Below are positions 36,251 to 47,700 of a DNA stretch of 64,000 nt, in pieces (position 1 is the stretch's first letter; the number at the start of each line of letters is the position of its first letter). Under the pieces are notes generated by a model, which was not told the DNA's origin, searched no databases, and saw only the letters and a list, made by a program, of their open reading frames with translations. The stretch comes from Selaginella moellendorffii (Eukaryota > Plantae > Lycopodiophyta). The stretch lies in the NCBI RefSeq assembly GCF_000143415.4, contig NW_003314306.1, positions 714,897 to 778,896 on the forward strand, given 5' to 3'. Made by a program: the position numbers and the translations under genes.

Positions 36251-39200
36251 ATGGCCTTCAGGGTTGGGGAAAAGGTTTACATTTTGAATGGTGGGAAAAG
36301 AGTTGCAAAAAAGACCCTTGTGTCTATGGATCAGAACTTTGTTATACACTGTCAAAGGCTTGGGGAAGGCAATGCTGCTTAATCAGTAGAGACTGTCTTC
36401 GATGGGAATGTGGTCGCTATTGAACGAGGAGAGATGGTCGTCGGGGTAAATGTTGTTGTTGCCTTGAAAAATCTTCAGAAGAAAGCAGATGTTGGGGACA
36501 GCGCAAGTGCGACGCATGTTCCCTCCGTGGATCTTAAGAACCGTGCTACATGGATTCAGGCAAAGGTGTTTCTAAACAACCCCGAGGGGGAGGTGGTAGC
36601 TGAGGGCTTAGCCACAGTTGTCGATCCAAGAGATGCGGTTGCTAATCAAGAATTGGGCTGGGATGATATTGGAGTTGCGATTTTAGAGGTTGTTGACACA
36701 GAAGAAAACAGTCTGACTATTGGAAGCATTGTGCGGTGGAAATTGAGGCACTTAGTGTTTGAGAATGTGAAGGATTCACAATCAAACACCACTACAACTG
36801 ATGACAGAACATCTCTTCATGGGAAAAGAAAGTACACCTTCCTAAAGCGCAGCCAAAGGGATTTGAGCAACGAACCAAAAAGGCAGAAAATGGCGATGGA
36901 GGTTCGAATGGTCTCGACAGTTGCTTGTTGCAAGAGGAGGTGTTGTCAACATGCTGATTGGGATGCTATTGAAGAGGAGAGAGCAAGATACAAGACATTG
37001 TCCTGGAAGGCAGCTCGCAATTTTGTGTATGAGGCATTATGGTCATCTGTTGATGCTTCAGAACATCAGGTGGGGGGCATGGTCTTCCAGAGGGGTTTGG
37101 TTTGCATGAAGGCATGGAGAATCATTTATGGAGTCCCTCGAACCACATTCTACAGAATCAAAACTGAGTTCGAGGAACAAAGGGTTCAACAGGCAGTCCA
37201 TGGGAACGACGGTACGCACAAAACCAGGGGTCATGTTGTATATGGAGAGGCAATCTTCAAGAGGTTTGTCGAGACATGTAGCGAGCAGCAACCACATAAA
37301 ACCCGCCTCTTGGAAGATGGAACACGAGACACCCAACGAGTTCTCCCTTCCATGTATACCAAGGGGGCCATATTGGAAGATGTGAATCGGGAACTCCAGA
37401 GTAATGGCTATAGGAAGCTGAGCCAATCTAGATTTAGTAGATTGTGGAGCAACAGGTTCAGGGATGTGAGTATAGGAAAGTACTCCAGCTTTTCAAAGTG
37501 TGACGAGTGCACTGCTATCAAAATGGCTTTGTCGAAGAATTCTTGCAGCGCTCAAGAGCGAGAGACGTTGGTTAGAAGGCGGCTCAACCACAACATCGAG
37601 CAGAGAAGCTACAGGACTGCATATTATCATAACAGGATTCTCTCCATGGAGAGACCTGACTCTTACCTCTGCATCATCCACGACAAAATGGACCAGAAAA
37701 AGATGTGCTTACCTCGACTCAATCCTGCCCCCAAGGCAATCTCTTCATCTATGCAGTTGCCTGTGTCTCTATTTGGCATAATCGCTCATGGGCATGGTGC
37801 CTAGAACTATGGGAACTTCTTTGTACCTCTATGGGGTGGCGGGGGTGCAAACATGATGATTGCGTCCCTAGCAAAACACTTAAGGTCTCTGCAAAGTGCG
37901 CAGACTGAGCTGAACGGCCAACCCTTGCATAAGGCCCTTGTCGATCGAACCCCATACAGGGTTCAGCTGAAGGAGGAGCAAAGGCTTGCAGTATCGCGTG
38001 GGGCCCCATGCCATCCCAGTGAATATGTTGGCCGTCAGATTGTAGGGTTATCACGTGAGGCCTCATGCCATTCCGACGAGGCTGGTCGCCCGGTGAATGC
38101 ACAGCCTTATCCAAACGAAGCAGAATCTCAAGGAAGTTCTTGCGGCCGATGTGGCCTTCCACCCCATCTTCTGCTCCAAATAGACAATGCTGGCAGTGAG
38201 AACAAAAACATGTACGTCTTCGTGTACTTGGCGATGCTTGTTGCCAAAGGCATATTTGAAACGGTTACACTTGGCTTTCTCATGGTTGGGCACACTCATG
38301 AAGACGTCGATGCCATGTTCAGTCACCTGGCAGAGTCCCTCCGGCGATCCAATGTCCTCACCCTCCCACAACTCTACGATGAATTCCAAAATTGCATCAA
38401 AGGCACTGTTGAAGCTGCACTTGTGACAGAGGTTCCAGACTTTAAGGGGTTTGTAAGAGGCTACATCAGGGACGGATCCGAAACGCTGATTGGCCACTCC
38501 AAGCCTCTTCAGTTTCATTTCAGCATGCGTGACGGTGCTCCAGTGATGAGGTACAAGATGAGAGAATGGGACACAGTGTGGCTGCCAGTGGACGGCATTG
38601 AACTCTTCAAGAGAGATCCAATAACTGGGGAACCTATGATTCCTCAGGGTTCCCCACGGCCGATGCACCCGGATGGACTCAAAGACCAGGAAAGTATAGT
38701 GGCCGGGATTAGACAGCATATTGCCTTCTGGAAGAGGGGGTTGGTGTTTGGTGGAGAATCCTATTTTAAAAGGTGCAAGCCTTTGCTCGAATACTGGGAG
38801 AAGATTATATCTGCTATCCAAAATGGGCCGGTTGTATATGAAGAATTGGAAGAGTCCTTTTAGCCAGAACCCAGAGCACCAGATAGTAGTGGAACAATGT
38901 CCTTTGGAAATGCAGTGACAGATAACGATGTTGAGGATCACTATTGTGGGCCGAGGAACAAGAAGCCGGATTCAGCATTCAATCCAGTACAGGTCTGCAA
39001 AGGAATGGTCGTGCTTGTCAGACCCAGTAATAAAAAACAAATGATATGGGTGGGGCGCTGCATCACTGATGCAGAGGAGGACGCGGAAACTAACTCCTTC
39101 AATGTAACTGTGGAGTGGTTCAAGCCAAGTTCCGGATATACGAAGGATTGCCTAGAAAAGAGATGGGTGCTGAATCCAAGGGATCCTAGCATAAGCATAT

Positions 39201-39319
39201 CGGTGGATAATGTTGTGCATGGTTGGATGCGGAAGCAGAGTGCCACCATCACCTTGCCAGACCATGCAAGAGATGCAGCAAGAGCATTCATAACCCGGGT
39301 TCAAGGTGAGATTCATTAA
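36251..39319 (+). pseudogene. DDE-type transposase (Sola-like/DUF7869-type core), interrupted by stops at 37802 and 38861
   Basis: CCKRRC and FSKCDEC Cys motifs; IIHDKMDQ; LQIDNAGSENKN...FLMVGHTHEDVDAMFS catalytic-type block. Copy 2 has CAG and TGG at the two stop positions. Confidence 0.8.
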
Positions 39320-41608
39320 TATTCCTTTACTAAGTTTCTAATGTATTTTATTTCAAGGTGAACAATCCGAATCTGAATCAAAGGAGGCGTGATGGCATGT
39401 GGCCTTACGCCATTCCTAGGTGAGATGATACAAATAACAAGTATAAATTCTTAGTTGTTCTAGCAAATCTTACTTAAAGTTCAAGGTGAACAAGCCAAAT
39501 ATGAATTCATCGGATTGTTATAACAAATCGCGAGGTGATGGCATGAGGCGATACGCCATTTGAGAGTGGTAGCCATTCCTATATGAGGTGAGTGAAATAT
39601 TTATTAGAAATACCTCATTCAATTGTGCACTTGTAAGTCTTGGTCCACTCAGTACTGTTTGCATGTTTCTATTTTAATTCTTTCTCTAAAATGTTATTTA
39701 GCATGTGGCTTCATGCCATTGCTCTCCACAATCATGCATTGAATTTTTCTATCCTTGCATAATACTTCTCCATATATATAGCATGTGCGTACATATGATA
39801 TGGTTCATTAGGCCTGATATAGTGTGTGAGGTAAAACAAAGATGATGTGACATATGCATTTACCTATCACACGTGCATAAATCTAATAATATGGCGTGTG
39901 GCCCATATTAATGGCACATAAACCTATATTGTGGGCTTACGTGCTTTATGTACCATCATTCCCATGCAGCGCGTGTGTTGGTTTCCTTTTAACTCCATAT
40001 TTTAGGGTGAAGAGCGTTCTCATGGCAAGCACAAAATCTGTAATTGAGGCAGAAAAGGAGACAGAGAAGGAGATAGGTGAAGATGTAGAATATATAAGTC
40101 TTCCAAACTCCCCGTACTATACTCCAGGTGATCATTTTTCTGAACAAACGGCAACATTAACAACTATCGAGAACGCCCCAGTAACGTCAGAGACAACAAT
40201 CCAAAGCAAAACAACTGACCCGGAGAAGGATGATAGTACCGCTGAGAGTACCAAAAAGGAGGTGTCCACTAGCGCTTAGGCTTATAATGGCGTGTGCCCT
40301 CATGCCATTTACTTGATCACCAAATACCTTTTTCCCTTTGCACTAGTATATTTTAATACCGGTCTGAGAAATAGAATGGCATGTGCCTTCAGGCCTTTTA
40401 CTAAATCACCTTTGAAAGAAATGCAAGCCTCTATGTCGTAAAAAAAAAGGTACTAGAGAAATTCCTTAATAATATGAATGTTATTTAGTTTCATGAAAAT
40501 ACACAAATGAGTTAAATGACTTCTCCAGACTAGCAATGCCTCTTGCTACACCTTCACAATTAGATTCGTTAGAAAAAGATAACATTGAATAATATCTAAA
40601 TGTTCTCACCATTAAGTTATATGTCTGGCTAATAGGAATGACGTTCATCTTGGAAAGCTCACCACATGCTCAATGAACAAACAAATAGTGTGTGCATGCA
40701 TGCCATCGCTCTTCTTTAGCTTCAGATTCGGCTTGTTCACCTTGACAATGAGATTTATTATACAACCAGATGGACTCAGTCTGGACACAAAGTCACCGTG
40801 CTAGTCACCATGCCCTAGATATGTCTAGCCCCTGGACAAAAAACATATAATTTCACGTCATTTTCAAATACTTGAAAATTTGTACCTAGTCCCATTTTAC
40901 TGAATAAATCCCACTTTAACGAAATAGAGCTTTCAAGTGGGACACCACTCCATATGAGCCGAGAGCACCGCAGTCAGTTTCCCTTTCGGGAGTGGGAGTT
41001 GCTCTTGAGCACTTCCTTGGGTGGCCCCTCCAGCACTACCCGAGTCCATGCTCACTCCCACCCAAGGCCCCTCGGCCCTAGTCTCAATCTCAAGTCAGTG
41101 TGGAAGCATCACTGGAGAATTCCTTCAAGACTGGTTCCTGGACTTCACTATCCCTACTATACTTTTGGAACCCTCTGCAACCCCCCCCCCCCCCCCCCCG
41201 TAGGAGACGCACGCTTTGGGCTTTCACCCCTTGACCTGTATTAGTACTCGAACTTGGTCTCGGACTTGATCTTGGACTCGATCTTGGACCTTACTTCGGA
41301 CTCGGTCTCGGACTCGATCTCGGACTCGATCTCGGACTCGATCTCGGACCCGATCTTGGACTCGACTTCGGACTCAACCTCGGACTCGGTCTCGGACCTG
41401 ATCTTGGATCTCGGATCTCGGACTCTGTCTCGAACTCGGTCTCCGAGTCGGCCTCAGACTCGATCCCGGACTCTATCTCGAACTCAGTCTCAGAATCGGT
41501 CTTGGACTTGATCTCATACTTGGTCCCATCTGATGAACTCTTTATCATTTTAGTCATGCTTTTGGGGATCCTTTAGCCTTCGACACCTTGGGGAGTCGGT
41601 TCCTTACA

Positions 41609-44278
41609 GGCTCATGTAAAGCCACGGTGTTCTGAAATGTTGTCCTAAAGTCCTAGACTGTAGAATGGAAGAGGAGCAGTCCTCTAGTGTGGTGACCAAC
41701 GATACGGTCATGTGATGAGAAGGTCCCAGAGGATAGTGGGACTTAGTGGACGAGCCTGTAAGCCTTGTCCCAGTGGTAGTGTAGGCAAACTCGGCCATGG
41801 ATAGAAAAGGGACTTGGTGGGTACTGTAAAAGGGATATTGAGGAAGGTGTTTCCCAATGTCTGTGGGCATCTTAAAGATGCTAAGGAGTGGATCTTGGAT
41901 GGTCACTCTTGGACGGATGGCTCAGTCGTTGAGAGATGGGACTATGATGCAGGTGGTGTTGGACCACCGGTGTGACCAAGGTGAAGGGGCATGGCCTTAG
42001 CGTAATGGACTGGTATGTCAGTGGTACCTTGGGTTGTCAGTCTTGGGACCAGACACGTGGAGCACTTAGACCAAGTGCAAAAGATGAGTGGCATGGATGC
42101 CATACTTGGGGCTAGCAAGTCCCAAGTCCTGAATTGGACTTAAGGAGGTTGTGAATGAGACTCCTCCAAATGGTCAAAGGTATGGTTAAGTGACTAAAGT
42201 AGAATGGAAAAATTAGTCACTTACAATTTTGTATTGGAGTTGTTCCTTAATCCAACTTTTATTAGTGCTCAAGTATATCACCATTGGTGTTGGCATCGGA
42301 AGGTCCTAAAAGGGGCCCTATCCGTAAGGAGTAACAAGTCAGGAAGACATGGCTCTCCACTACAGTTCATGTGTGAACTTGTAGGTGAGTTGATGGATAA
42401 AAAAGGGCCAGTAATGGAACAACTTCAGGATTGTGGGAACAGTATAAGGTTTTCTTCAAAGAGTTGAGGATGTGATCCAGATGAATGTTTGACTCAGCAA
42501 ACTAGCTAATGTAGTTGTGGTAAACAACTATAGTTGGGATCACGGGAAAAATAAAGACTCCAAAACAATAAAGGAGTCAGAAAATTATCCTCGTATAGTT
42601 GAGGTTGGTGCTCATGAATTTGAAACCAGAATTAATGACCATGGAAGGTCAAATACAGAAGAGGACACAAGTCCTTGAAATAGTGGCCGAGGCTACCCTT
42701 GATAAATGTTGGAACAACCCAAGGAGTTTGGGGTGTACTTAGAGGATGAATTGGTATTCTCATCACATGGACAAGTAGTCCAAAGGGGCAAAAGTTACCC
42801 CAGGGAACAACATCAAGTGTTGGAGTGACACTTGCAAAGATGGTCGTCCTTGTGAGTAGGACATGAATACAAGAAGTTGTATTCCAGCAGACTGGCACCT
42901 CAAATAGGACCTTATGGGTCATTAGATTTTAAAGTCCAAAAATGCTAGATGACTCAAGTAGAGCCAAGGAATAGTCCTAAGGGATTGCTAAAAGCATTTG
43001 GACTGAGGTGTGTTGTGCCCCACGAAGGTTGGGGAGGATCATAGGATCCAAGTATGAGAACAGTGAGTATCTCATCGATGGCAGAATGTGCCATGCTAAA
43101 ATTGTGGGGAAGGTGTTCTCAAAAGAAAACAACTTTGACATAAAGTTGTGAGTAAACTTTATGGTGTAGTGCTAACGAATAGTTAACATAAGAAAAAATT
43201 GTATTGGTCTTGGCAAGGATCTAGACACAAATAAGGAAGTGTCGTAAAAGTAAGCTCATGGAGCCGATGGTGTGGAAACACCAAATATGCCAAGGCGTGA
43301 TGCCTTGAGGTTAAGTTAGTGGGTTCACAAGAACCCTTTCCCAAAGGAATCCTAATGAAAATAGGGATGGTATAGCCTAAGCTGGAAGGCATGCAGTTGG
43401 AGTGTGGTGACCCAGATAATGATGAAGGTGTGAAAGAATTAACAATGAGTTGTAGAACTTGATAACTATGAAGCAACTAAGCAAAAGGTGCAAAATAATT
43501 GATTAAACTGGTAGCAAGTAGCTACCCAAGACTTCTTAATGGCATAAGGGAGTTAGATATACCCTTATGGGGGGATAAATTACTTATGTGCCGATATAGT
43601 AAGTCAATGTTATAAAAGGGAATGCTCATTGTCAAAGATGCCATTGTTAGGACACCTAAACACTCTAGAACACCAAGAGGTGGTGTTTGATATCACTCGG
43701 GCAATAGATAAAGCCCAAGGGACTAAATCCCTAGCGAATGATGGATAGAAGGTGCTATCCAAACGTCCAAGGTTGCGAAGATGGAAGAAGTCTGTTTACT
43801 TGAATTGGACAAAGCTAAAAATGGAATTTTAGCAAGGCTAGTGATGGGCATATAAATGCCTCTATGTAGCAACGTTAATCTTGGTGTGTGGGATTATAAA
43901 GTGAGCATACCCGGATTGAGGAACCACTCCTTAGGCTATCGGGTAGATTCATCCCCAAAAATACTTGCTAAAGCATGATAGAAACTACAAAGCTATCCTC
44001 CTAGTTTGGAGGCGAATAACTGAAGGAAATGTGTGAGGCCAAAAGCAAGTAGTAAGGGGATAAAACTAAACCATAGGAATCGAAGAGCATAACCAAAGGT
44101 GGTTATATCAGTTGGGAGTGGAGAATCAAGTGGGTGCTCAAGTATGTTGTTACTAGCAACCGTGGTGCTAGGAAGAGTCTAAAGTATGGAATTGTCCATG
44201 CTAAACCATATGACAATCAGAAAGCTTGCAAAAGGAGAGGCCTTAGCAAGCTAAGGGACAGAGTTCCTTCAAGGTTCC
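41609..44278 (+). mobile_element. Heavily decayed LTR-retrotransposon (gypsy-like pol) remnant; continues at 52011-52215
   Basis: No long ORFs. Only faint pol-like motifs, e.g. an integrase-like PKTILSN reading across the GTTCC insertion site. Confidence 0.45.
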
Positions 44279-44717
44279 TGTAGCGCACGTGGTTTTGACC
44301 CTTTATCCTATGGCGATTTACCATAGGATACCACCACGAAGCGGAACCTAAACCCTCTTTGTGCCACGTGACAGATGCCACGTGTCACATACCACGTGTC
44401 CATGCCACGTGTCCATAGGAACCCGAGGTTCAGGGCCTTGGGCCACTGAACAAAGGAACGGTGCCAAACTCCCAAGCATGGAGCCAAGGAGTGATGGAAC
44501 CGAACCACGGAGCAACTCCCGAGCATACAGCCCAAGGAGCGAAGGGACAAGGGCCCGGAGCGACTTGGAACAGTCCTGGAGCAACCAGCATCCCAATGCC
44601 AGGACCAGCACACAAAACGGATCCAAACGGAGTCTGGCGCTATTTCGGCATACTGGTGGCCTAACGTGAGGATATGGGTACTCCACCAACTAGCATGGAA
44701 TGGAACTTGGGCTTAGA
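44279..44717 (-). repeat. Inverted copy of the 3' (U5) ~440 bp of LTR family B
   Basis: Reverse complement of ~45432-45870; begins TGTAGCGCAC directly after GTTCC. Confidence 0.93.
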
Positions 44718-44719
44718 TA

Positions 44720-47700
44720 TGTCGCGCATATGACTTCGGGTATCGAAAGTTACTTGTCGGCTAGTCCTTATGGACACTCTTACCTTACTGCCACGATGGC
44801 AGGAGGTCGGTATTGCTGGACCCGTTATCAGTTTCCGCCTAAGCTAGTTGAGAAACTGGTCATCACATGTGCACTTAGACCGGAAGGGCACTAAGGAAGG
44901 AAATCCTAAGTTGTCATTTAGTCAAGCAGACTTGACACGGTGATGAGAAACTCATGATGTTGGCTTGCACTTGCTAGTGTTAGGAACCCCCGCGATATTG
45001 AGATTGGTCCCTCAATATTCGCTAGATGATAGCTTACCGTGTCTGCCAAACACCCTCGCTATCATGCCCTTTGTGTTAGTCTCATTTCGGTCCCAAATGC
45101 TATTTATGGAAAGTGTCCAGATTTGCTCATTTGGCATATCTACGGAATGTAGAGATCGGCTTGAACACAATGGTGTTCGTCCCATGTCCAAATTCACAAT
45201 CTAAGGACATTCCATATTTAGTAAGTTTCGAGCTTGTCCTAGAGACTAACTCCTGATACTAAGGGAGGCTTGGGGTGAAAGCCCAAAGCGTGTGTTCCTC
45301 AAGGGGGGGGGGGCTGTGGGGGGTTCCAAATGTATAGTAGGGATAGTGGGTAGGTCGGGCATGGCCGACCAACCTGAGGCATAGTCTAGCTCCCGCTTGC
45401 GTGCCTGTCCTTGTTCTGCGTCCGGCTTGGGTCTAAGCCCAAGTTCCATTCCATGCTAGTTGGTGGAGTACCCATATCCTCACGTTAGGCCACCGGTATG
45501 CCGAAATAGCGCCAGACTCCGTTTGGATCCGTTTTGTGTGCTGGTCCTGGCATTGGGATGCTGGTTGCTCCAGGACTGTTCCAAGTCGCTCCGGGCCCTT
45601 GTCCCTTCGCTCCTTGGGCTGTATGCTCGGGAGTTGCTCCGTGGTTCGGTTCCATCACTCCTTGGCTCCATGCTTGGGAGTTTGGCACCGTTCCTTTGTT
45701 CAGTGGCCCAAGGCCCTGAACCTCGGGTTCCTATGGACACGTGGCATGGACACGTGGTATGTGACACATGGCATCTGTCACGTGGCACAAAGAGGGTTTA
45801 GGTTCCGCTTCGTGGTGGTATCCTATGGTAAATCGCCATAGGATAAAGGGTCAAAACCACGTGCGCTACATTTGGTATCAGAGCATGAGTTTCAACGAGT
45901 ACTATTCAATGAGATTGGGCAACTAGTCTCGTTGCATACGTAGAGATGAAAATGATGATCCGAGTGGGTACACATTTGGGTGCAAAGACTTCGCAATTGT
46001 TCCTTGGGTATGGATTCGGTTACCTTCTTGTACCGTAATTATGTGAGCTTGCTCTTGGGCTCATAAGATGGATTTGAGTTGTTCCAGTAGCACGAGTTTG
46101 CGCTTGGGCTCGTGAGTGAGGCACATTAGCAACTCAAGGTTACACTTAGAGTTGGCAGGATTAATGTTAGCCTATCGGTGGTTCCATGAGTTGTTCCATG
46201 TACCATGGGTGAAAGCAAACTCCCTAGGTTTGCTATGAGTGGCAAATAGGCTGGTCCGTAGCTGTTTAGCATGGCACTAGTGGATCCTTCCTAGGCATGA
46301 TTATAATTGGATCAATCAAGATTGTAGGGAATAGTCTATTGGTTCAAGTAATTATTGCCATGCTCTCTCATAAACTTTTCTTCGATTGAGCTGAAGGCAG
46401 TGTGAAAGCAAGCTTGAGGTTTGGTCAAAGATGAGACCGAAAAGAGAGTCATCGGGGACGGAGGATCAAATACGTAAATCATTTTCTCTTCTTGGAGAGA
46501 TGATTTGCAATGAGGTGTTAACTCATTGCTTGTGTTCACATTATGCAATCAAGAGTCCCTACCTTGATGCATGTTGGAAGTGATGGTCTTACAAGTGGTG
46601 AGTTATGGGATGGATAGTGGTGAAACACTAAACCATTTTTGTCTAGACTCGCTATTGGAAGACTTGGGTTGCAATGCTCAATTCTTTTCCGGGGAACCTT
46701 GCTATTGCTCCTTGAGTAGCTTGGTGTTGGATTAGTGTTGAGTTTGGTCAGAAAGAGAGTGGCATGAGCTTGTCCGTGTTGTGAACAAAAATTAGTGGTG
46801 TTGGGTGTCGTAAACCTCTATTGGTGGAGTGTGGCATTTATGTTGCATTTTGTCGAATCGAGTTGGCATTTGATACTCACATAAACATTTGAAGTAATGA
46901 CATAGGCATTACTCATTGCGTTACTCAATTGATGATCAAGTCATTGTGATGCTTATATCATATCCATGTGATAAAGAGTAATGCGTTTACGAAGTTGCTT
47001 GAGTAAATGATGATCAACCCCAAAGTGGTTGATGGAGAAGCTAGTCTACTTGCACGAAGTAGCATTGTAGTAGCTTTGACTGGATTCTCAATGGTGGTCC
47101 ATTATGCTAAGCTTAAGTTAGTACCTTGTTTTCTTAAGTTTGCCCACTAAGGTGTTGGAAAAGGGTTATAGCATTCATTTGTTATAGCTCATCGGTTGAT
47201 CCGTTAGCACTTGGAGTAGATTGTTGGATGGAGAAGATGTGGAGTTGGGGCATTGACGTCACTGGCACTTGTGTTAGTGGAAGTGGCATTGTTATTTCAA
47301 GTGATGAGGAATTTTCCTTGGACCTTGATTTTTCCATGTCATTTTTCTTGTTAGTGTTTTGGCTTCACATTGGATCTTGAAGGTGATTGAAGAAGGGTGT
47401 TAGTGCAATATGGATATCCGAAGATATGGTCTTCGTGATCAAGTTTTAGATATTCATTTAGCACTTTGCGGATGTCGGAGTTGGATGTTAGGAAAATGGG
47501 CAAAGATGTTCAATGCTTAAGCATATTGATGGATCATGAGAATTTGTGTTGAGGTGAACCTATGTGAAGTAGTAGGTAGGCAGAAGTTGGTTGAGTCTTG
47601 AAAGTTTGCATTCCTGGACTGAGAGTCATTCTTTCTCTAGGATGGAAAATTTTCCACAAATTTTCTTAGGCTTTTCCAATGGCTGATCCATTGATCACTT

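Larger units (their letters stand above)
27525..40706. repeat. Dispersed 22-bp palindrome family ATGGCRTGNGGCCNCAYGCCAT (about 25 copies)
   Basis: Copies start at ~27817, 28894, 28969, 30202, 30393, 30534, 32033, 33310, 33370, 33447, 34239, 35095, 35782, 35880 (perfect), 36050, 36086, 36156, 37993, 38050, 39392, 39538, 39698, 40287 and 40685, plus partial ones. Confidence 0.92.
27431..40932. mobile_element. Large (13.5 kb) TIR DNA transposon with a Sola-like/DUF7869-type DDE transposase and a cargo gene
   Basis: Perfect 24-bp TIR AAGCTCTATTTCGTTAAAGTGGGA (27431-27454 and 40909-40932). TCAA is duplicated at 27427-27430 and 40933-40936. The empty site aggtac-TCAA-gtgg is visible in the sister LTR at ~20362-20375. 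Confidence 0.93.
19881..41608 (-). mobile_element. Ty3/gypsy chromovirus-type LTR retrotransposon, internally rearranged, with its 5' LTR split by a DNA transposon
   Basis: LTRs TGTAAG...TTACA at 19881-20968 and 26942-27430 + 40933-41608; PBS-like sequence next to 26942; PPT next to 20968; gag, protease, RT, integrase and chromodomain remnants on the minus strand. Confidence 0.9.

Noticed and set aside
38063-38941. 292-aa antisense ORF, also open in copy 2 (58409-59287)
   Set aside because: It shadows the transposase, has no motifs, and the copies are too similar for shared openness to be informative.
39896-40279. 127-aa ORF near the transposon's right end
   Set aside because: Low complexity, no motif and mostly deleted in copy 2; a small third gene cannot be excluded.
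27525-40706. Palindromic repeats as a CRISPR-like array
   Set aside because: Spacing is irregular (tens of bp to kb), copies lie inside genes, the context is eukaryotic and there are no cas genes.
44308-45841. Recurrent 100-113 aa ORFs in LTR B copies
   Set aside because: They recur only because the LTR is repeated, and they are disrupted in the diverged copy.
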